Positions 60,099 through 64,000 of a stretch of 64,000 bases of DNA are shown one piece after another. Position 1 is the stretch's first letter; every line of letters begins with the position of its first letter. The position numbers were made by a program, and so were the translations under genes. Below the pieces are notes generated by a model that saw nothing but the letters and a program-made list of their open reading frames with translations, ran no database searches and had not been told where the DNA came from. The stretch is taken from positions 163,620,001-163,684,000 of the forward strand of contig NC_058368.1 of assembly GCF_018350175.1 (NCBI RefSeq), in the 5' to 3' direction. This stretch comes from Felis catus. Lineage: Eukaryota.

Positions 60099-62339
60099 GG
60101 GCAGCACCCCACAGTCTGCATTTTTCAGAGGCAGGCAGCTTGGGCATCTGCATCCCATTTTCCTTATTCAGACCAGTAGACAAGTATGTATTATAAACAA
60201 GGAGAAAACAGTTCCAGCATCACACATGCAGTGACTTAATTAACGGTTTAAGCTTATCCCTAGACAAGAATCCCCAAAGAAGCTTGTGATTAATGCAGAT
60301 TATAAAGGCTTGCTAGAGAGAGTGTGAAAATACTTAACTATTGCAACAGAATCCACTTTTTCATAATTGTGAACCTTGTTCCATTCTGGAGATGGCATCA
60401 TCCTTAAATAGTTAGTAATTGGTACTTTGGTGCCTTCTGGCATTTGTTACAAGCACATCTCCTATCCTCTCTCGCACAAAGCATCTGTGGTGAGAAGTGG
60501 TGGTTTATATGCTCTGTCTGTGTGTTGCCACAGTCTTCGAAGTCAATAAATGCTTAGCCTTCCAGATAGAGGCTCCCACACCAATGATGGGAACAACTAT
60601 ACAGACTACTTTTTCCAGTAAGTAAAGATGAGTTTATCTTTTGTGGGGGGAAAATGCATAGTAGAAATTGAAGATCATAAGAATATGCTTGAAACTCTTC
60701 ACTTAAAAAAAGTGCCTGTGCTTTTTGTTGGGTGAGATGAAAACCAAAAATATTGATCTGATAATTTAAGAATTTGGAACCGAATATTCTCTTTTCATGT
60801 TTCTATAACTTCACTTGGTTACTGGATGAATCAAAATGCTGTTGTAGGTGCTGAAGTATTTCTGCAATCCTATGAGTAGACCTCATGACATGGCATCACA
60901 TCTGGAGTCCCAGGAAGTAGAGTCTTCTGAAAAAGTCACAGGTAACAAACATCAGGGAGTGGACACTTGGCCTAAGGTAATCTCATCAGTCTCTCCGCTT
61001 AAGAATTTGGAATTAGGTTCAGAGGTTTTAGTTCATCCCTGTTGGATATGAGGGGATAGAGAAACAGGGTTTTGGGTGTGTGTGTCATATTTGGGCCATG
61101 TGCATCCCAAGGTAGAGAAGGCCTATCTGCAGAGAAGGAGAAGAATAAAGGAGACAGAGCAAGATACGTGGAGATGGGGGCATCTTATCTTCTAGGAAAC
61201 TCCCATGGTCTTGTTTCTTTCCTTCCCTGGTGTGACCTAGGTAGATTTTTCTGCCATTTGGGTTCAGTGAAAGATCCATGTATCTTCTTAGTAAATACCA
61301 CTGTTTGCTTAAGGGAGGTTGAAAGTGTCTGTTTCTTCCAATCAAAATATATCCTAGACCAAAAAAAAGTCATCAGTTACATCATCATCCAATTCTGAAT
61401 AACCACCCCAAATCTTTTAGTTTCTTCCTTTCTAGGAGATTTACCTCCATAGCCAATTGTACTCTGGGTTTATACTCCCTCCAAGTTTCGAAGAAACGAA
61501 TATGCTAATTGTTATTTGCTGGTTTATATTACTTATAATCAGATGTTCTATAGTTTGAAAGTTTTATTTCTGAAATATGGGATCCATTTATGCTAATTTT
61601 AATGCTAAAGTATTTAACAAACTGCTGGTCCATATCAGAGCCTAAATAAATAACTGTGAACTGATTCATGTTGCCTTCTTTTCTGAGTCCCTCACATGGC
61701 ACAAAACTTTGTATTGTTGAATAATAACACACTCTGTCTGCCTTCTTGGTAGGTATTGACTTGCTCTGTGCTGTGAAATGACTATGTTAGAATTGGTGTG
61801 ATGAATCTATCAACTGTCTGAATTCAGATACTGTCATTGTATTTCAAATTCCTTATCTCTTTTCTTACTCTTCTGCTATCGACGATTGCCATCTAGTCCA
61901 GTCCAGAGAAACAGGGCTATATGAAGATTTGTTTTCTTGGATAAAATGTGGGATAATACGCAGTTGGACTAATGGCGTCTGTTGTGTCTCCAACATCATG
62001 TAGGGTATAGTCAGTTGGATAATCAGGGTCAGGCTTCAAGTAAACTGGCTATCACTGTCATGTGTGAAGCCCATGGGATTCTTAACACTAGAAGTGCCGT
62101 CTGAAACACTTGTCCTTTGGAAGAAAACACCCTCCAGTTACTGTCATTTGCTAGTTTTGCCTTCAGCTCTAGAAGGGGCTCCCGGTGATTAGTGATGCAT
62201 CCTTAGGGTAGTTCCTGCATAGCTGCCACATGTTCTTCAGGCAAGAATCCAGCCTCCTTGAGTCAGAGCTCAATGCTTTTATTTGTCCTTTTTACAAAGG
62301 AAGATAGAATTTTGCGTTTATATAATTAAAAGTGGCCTG

Positions 62340-62445
62340 TGCACAACCATGTGAACACACTTAACACCACTGAACTGCAAAAAGTGACTTAGATAACAAA
62401 TTTAATGTTACATGTATTTGCTACAATTAAAATTTTTTAAAATTA
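62340..62445 (+). mobile_element. L1MB-like 3' terminal fragment
   Basis: tgcacaac...ccactgaactg...atgttacatgtattt; flanking repeat aagtggc. Confidence 0.65.
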
Positions 62446-62679
62446 ACAAGTGGCTCATGATCTTATGAGGTCATAGGCAAGTGCTTATATAGGCAGGTGG
62501 TCTGTTTGGTTTTAAATTTGTATTAAATGTTTTCTTGAATTAATACTATCCCTCCATTCGCCTTGAATGCTCAATATTCTCAGCCATCTCATAAATACCC
62601 CTGCCTTCCTCCTGCCTGCTTTGCTTCTGTGAACATTCATTGATATCTGGAACCAGAGGGTTCCAGAAGCAGGATTTCC

Positions 62680-63360
62680 TTCCTGCTCTTAAGAGGCTGC
62701 AGACTGGTTGGGATGACTAAGAAGCAAACAGAGGGGCAAAAGTTCTCAGATGTGTCTACAGGATGTTGAGGAAATCCTAGAAGGGCATCAGCCAAGTCTG
62801 TGGTGGGGGTAGATGTGCAGGGCTCAAGGAGCTAAAGCCTGGGCTGAGTCAGGAAGACTGAGTAGGAAGTAGCTGGATGAAGAAAGGAGAGCAGGGCATT
62901 GCAAACAGAAGGAAAACCATTGAAGAAGGTGCAAAGCATGAGGATGCATTAAATAGTGCAAAATACTTTCTTTTGGCAACAAGGATTTGTGCGAGAAGGA
63001 GCTGGGCAAGAAATGAAACCAGAGAAATAGACAAGGTCAGACCTTGGTATACCGTGCTCATGAGATTACATTTTGTCCTAAAGCTTTCCCTAATATTTGG
63101 GGGTAGAACAATTGAGGGAATTTAAACAGAAAATGACACCAGATGTTTGGTTTGGAAAAATCACCTTGACGGTGCTCCAGGAATGAGTTAAAATGAAAGA
63201 TACTGGATGACTTTTCAGTAATTCAGATGAGAAATGACACATGTGTGAACTAAAGCTATAGGACTGGGGAGAGGAGAGGGAGTTGAGAAATATGGAAGGT
63301 GATTAGATATGAGAGGAGTAAAGAGGAAGAAGAAAGAGTCAAGAATGAGTAGCTCTTTGA
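62680..63360 (-). mobile_element. L2 fragments
   Basis: ttttaaacagaaaatgacaccagat...ggaaaaatcacc...gaagaaagagtcaagaatga-like motifs. Confidence 0.6.
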
Positions 63361-63379
63361 GTACCACTGAAGATTTGTG

Positions 63380-63622
63380 CATGCAAAATATGGAAATCCT
63401 CTTCTAAAAATAACTGTAGCTAAAAATAAGAATGTTCTAGCATTGTAATGGTGAAGTCTACAGCCTACCTTGAAATAAGATGGATTGATAGAAGTCTAGA
63501 TGGACTGATGTGTGATAAAGCAAATAAAGCACAAGTGATGGAGTAGAATCTAGGCATATGGGTATTCACAATTCAATTATTTCAATTTTTCTCTAAGATT
63601 GGTAATTTTCAGAATAAAATAT
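63380..63622 (+). mobile_element. L1ME-like 3' end
   Basis: atgtgtgataaagcaaata...gtagaatctagg...atgggtattcac. Confidence 0.6.
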
Positions 63623-64000
63623 GGGAAGGGGAATGTTGATCCTAATGTGGAGAAGTTTTTATGCAGTGTGAAGAAGTTATAATAGGTTTTTTTATGTTAA
63701 AAAATTAAAAAAAACAATTCAACTTACCAAGACCATACCCAATAACTTGAAACCCCATCACATGTACTGTTTCCATAACAAATAGCATTTCCACACTATT
63801 GCCATATTAATAAAATAATGGGTATTTTACTTTAATCTGTTTGCTTTTTTTGAGCCATGTATTTCTTTTCCTACAAAATAGCTAGTTGGCAAATGACCAG
63901 AAAAAAAAAAAAAAACCATGGATTGCTCTAAACAGTAATAGGTAACATATATAAAATATTGCTTACTGAAGAATGTTATTCTAGTTAGAAACTAGTGTAA

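Overview
Mammalian, AT-rich DNA from a carnivore, very likely a cat-family species: it carries about 25 tRNA-derived CanSINEs of the SINEC_Fc type and carnivore L1 3' ends. One protein-coding gene is supported, the 3' part of MACIR (C5orf30) on the + strand. It has a probable 90-nt non-coding exon (5396-5485) containing a 13-codon uORF, and a terminal exon from 13713 holding the whole 207-aa CDS (13736-14359) plus a ~1.9-kb 3'UTR ending near AATAAA at 16203. The promoter and first exon appear to lie upstream of the window. The remaining ~48 kb looks intergenic: SINEs, L1/L2/MIR fragments, MaLR/ERVL LTRs, DNA-transposon relics, microsatellites and a few repeat-free blocks with clustered transcription-factor motifs. 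I found no CRISPR array, RNA gene or clearly new biological system. The best leads are regulatory (uORF exon bracketed by inverted SINEs, 35-bp 3'UTR duplication, RFX/Sox-Oct and NRF2-type motif blocks) and records of retrotransposition events. Repeat subfamily names come from memory of consensus sequences, and old-repeat boundaries are approximate.
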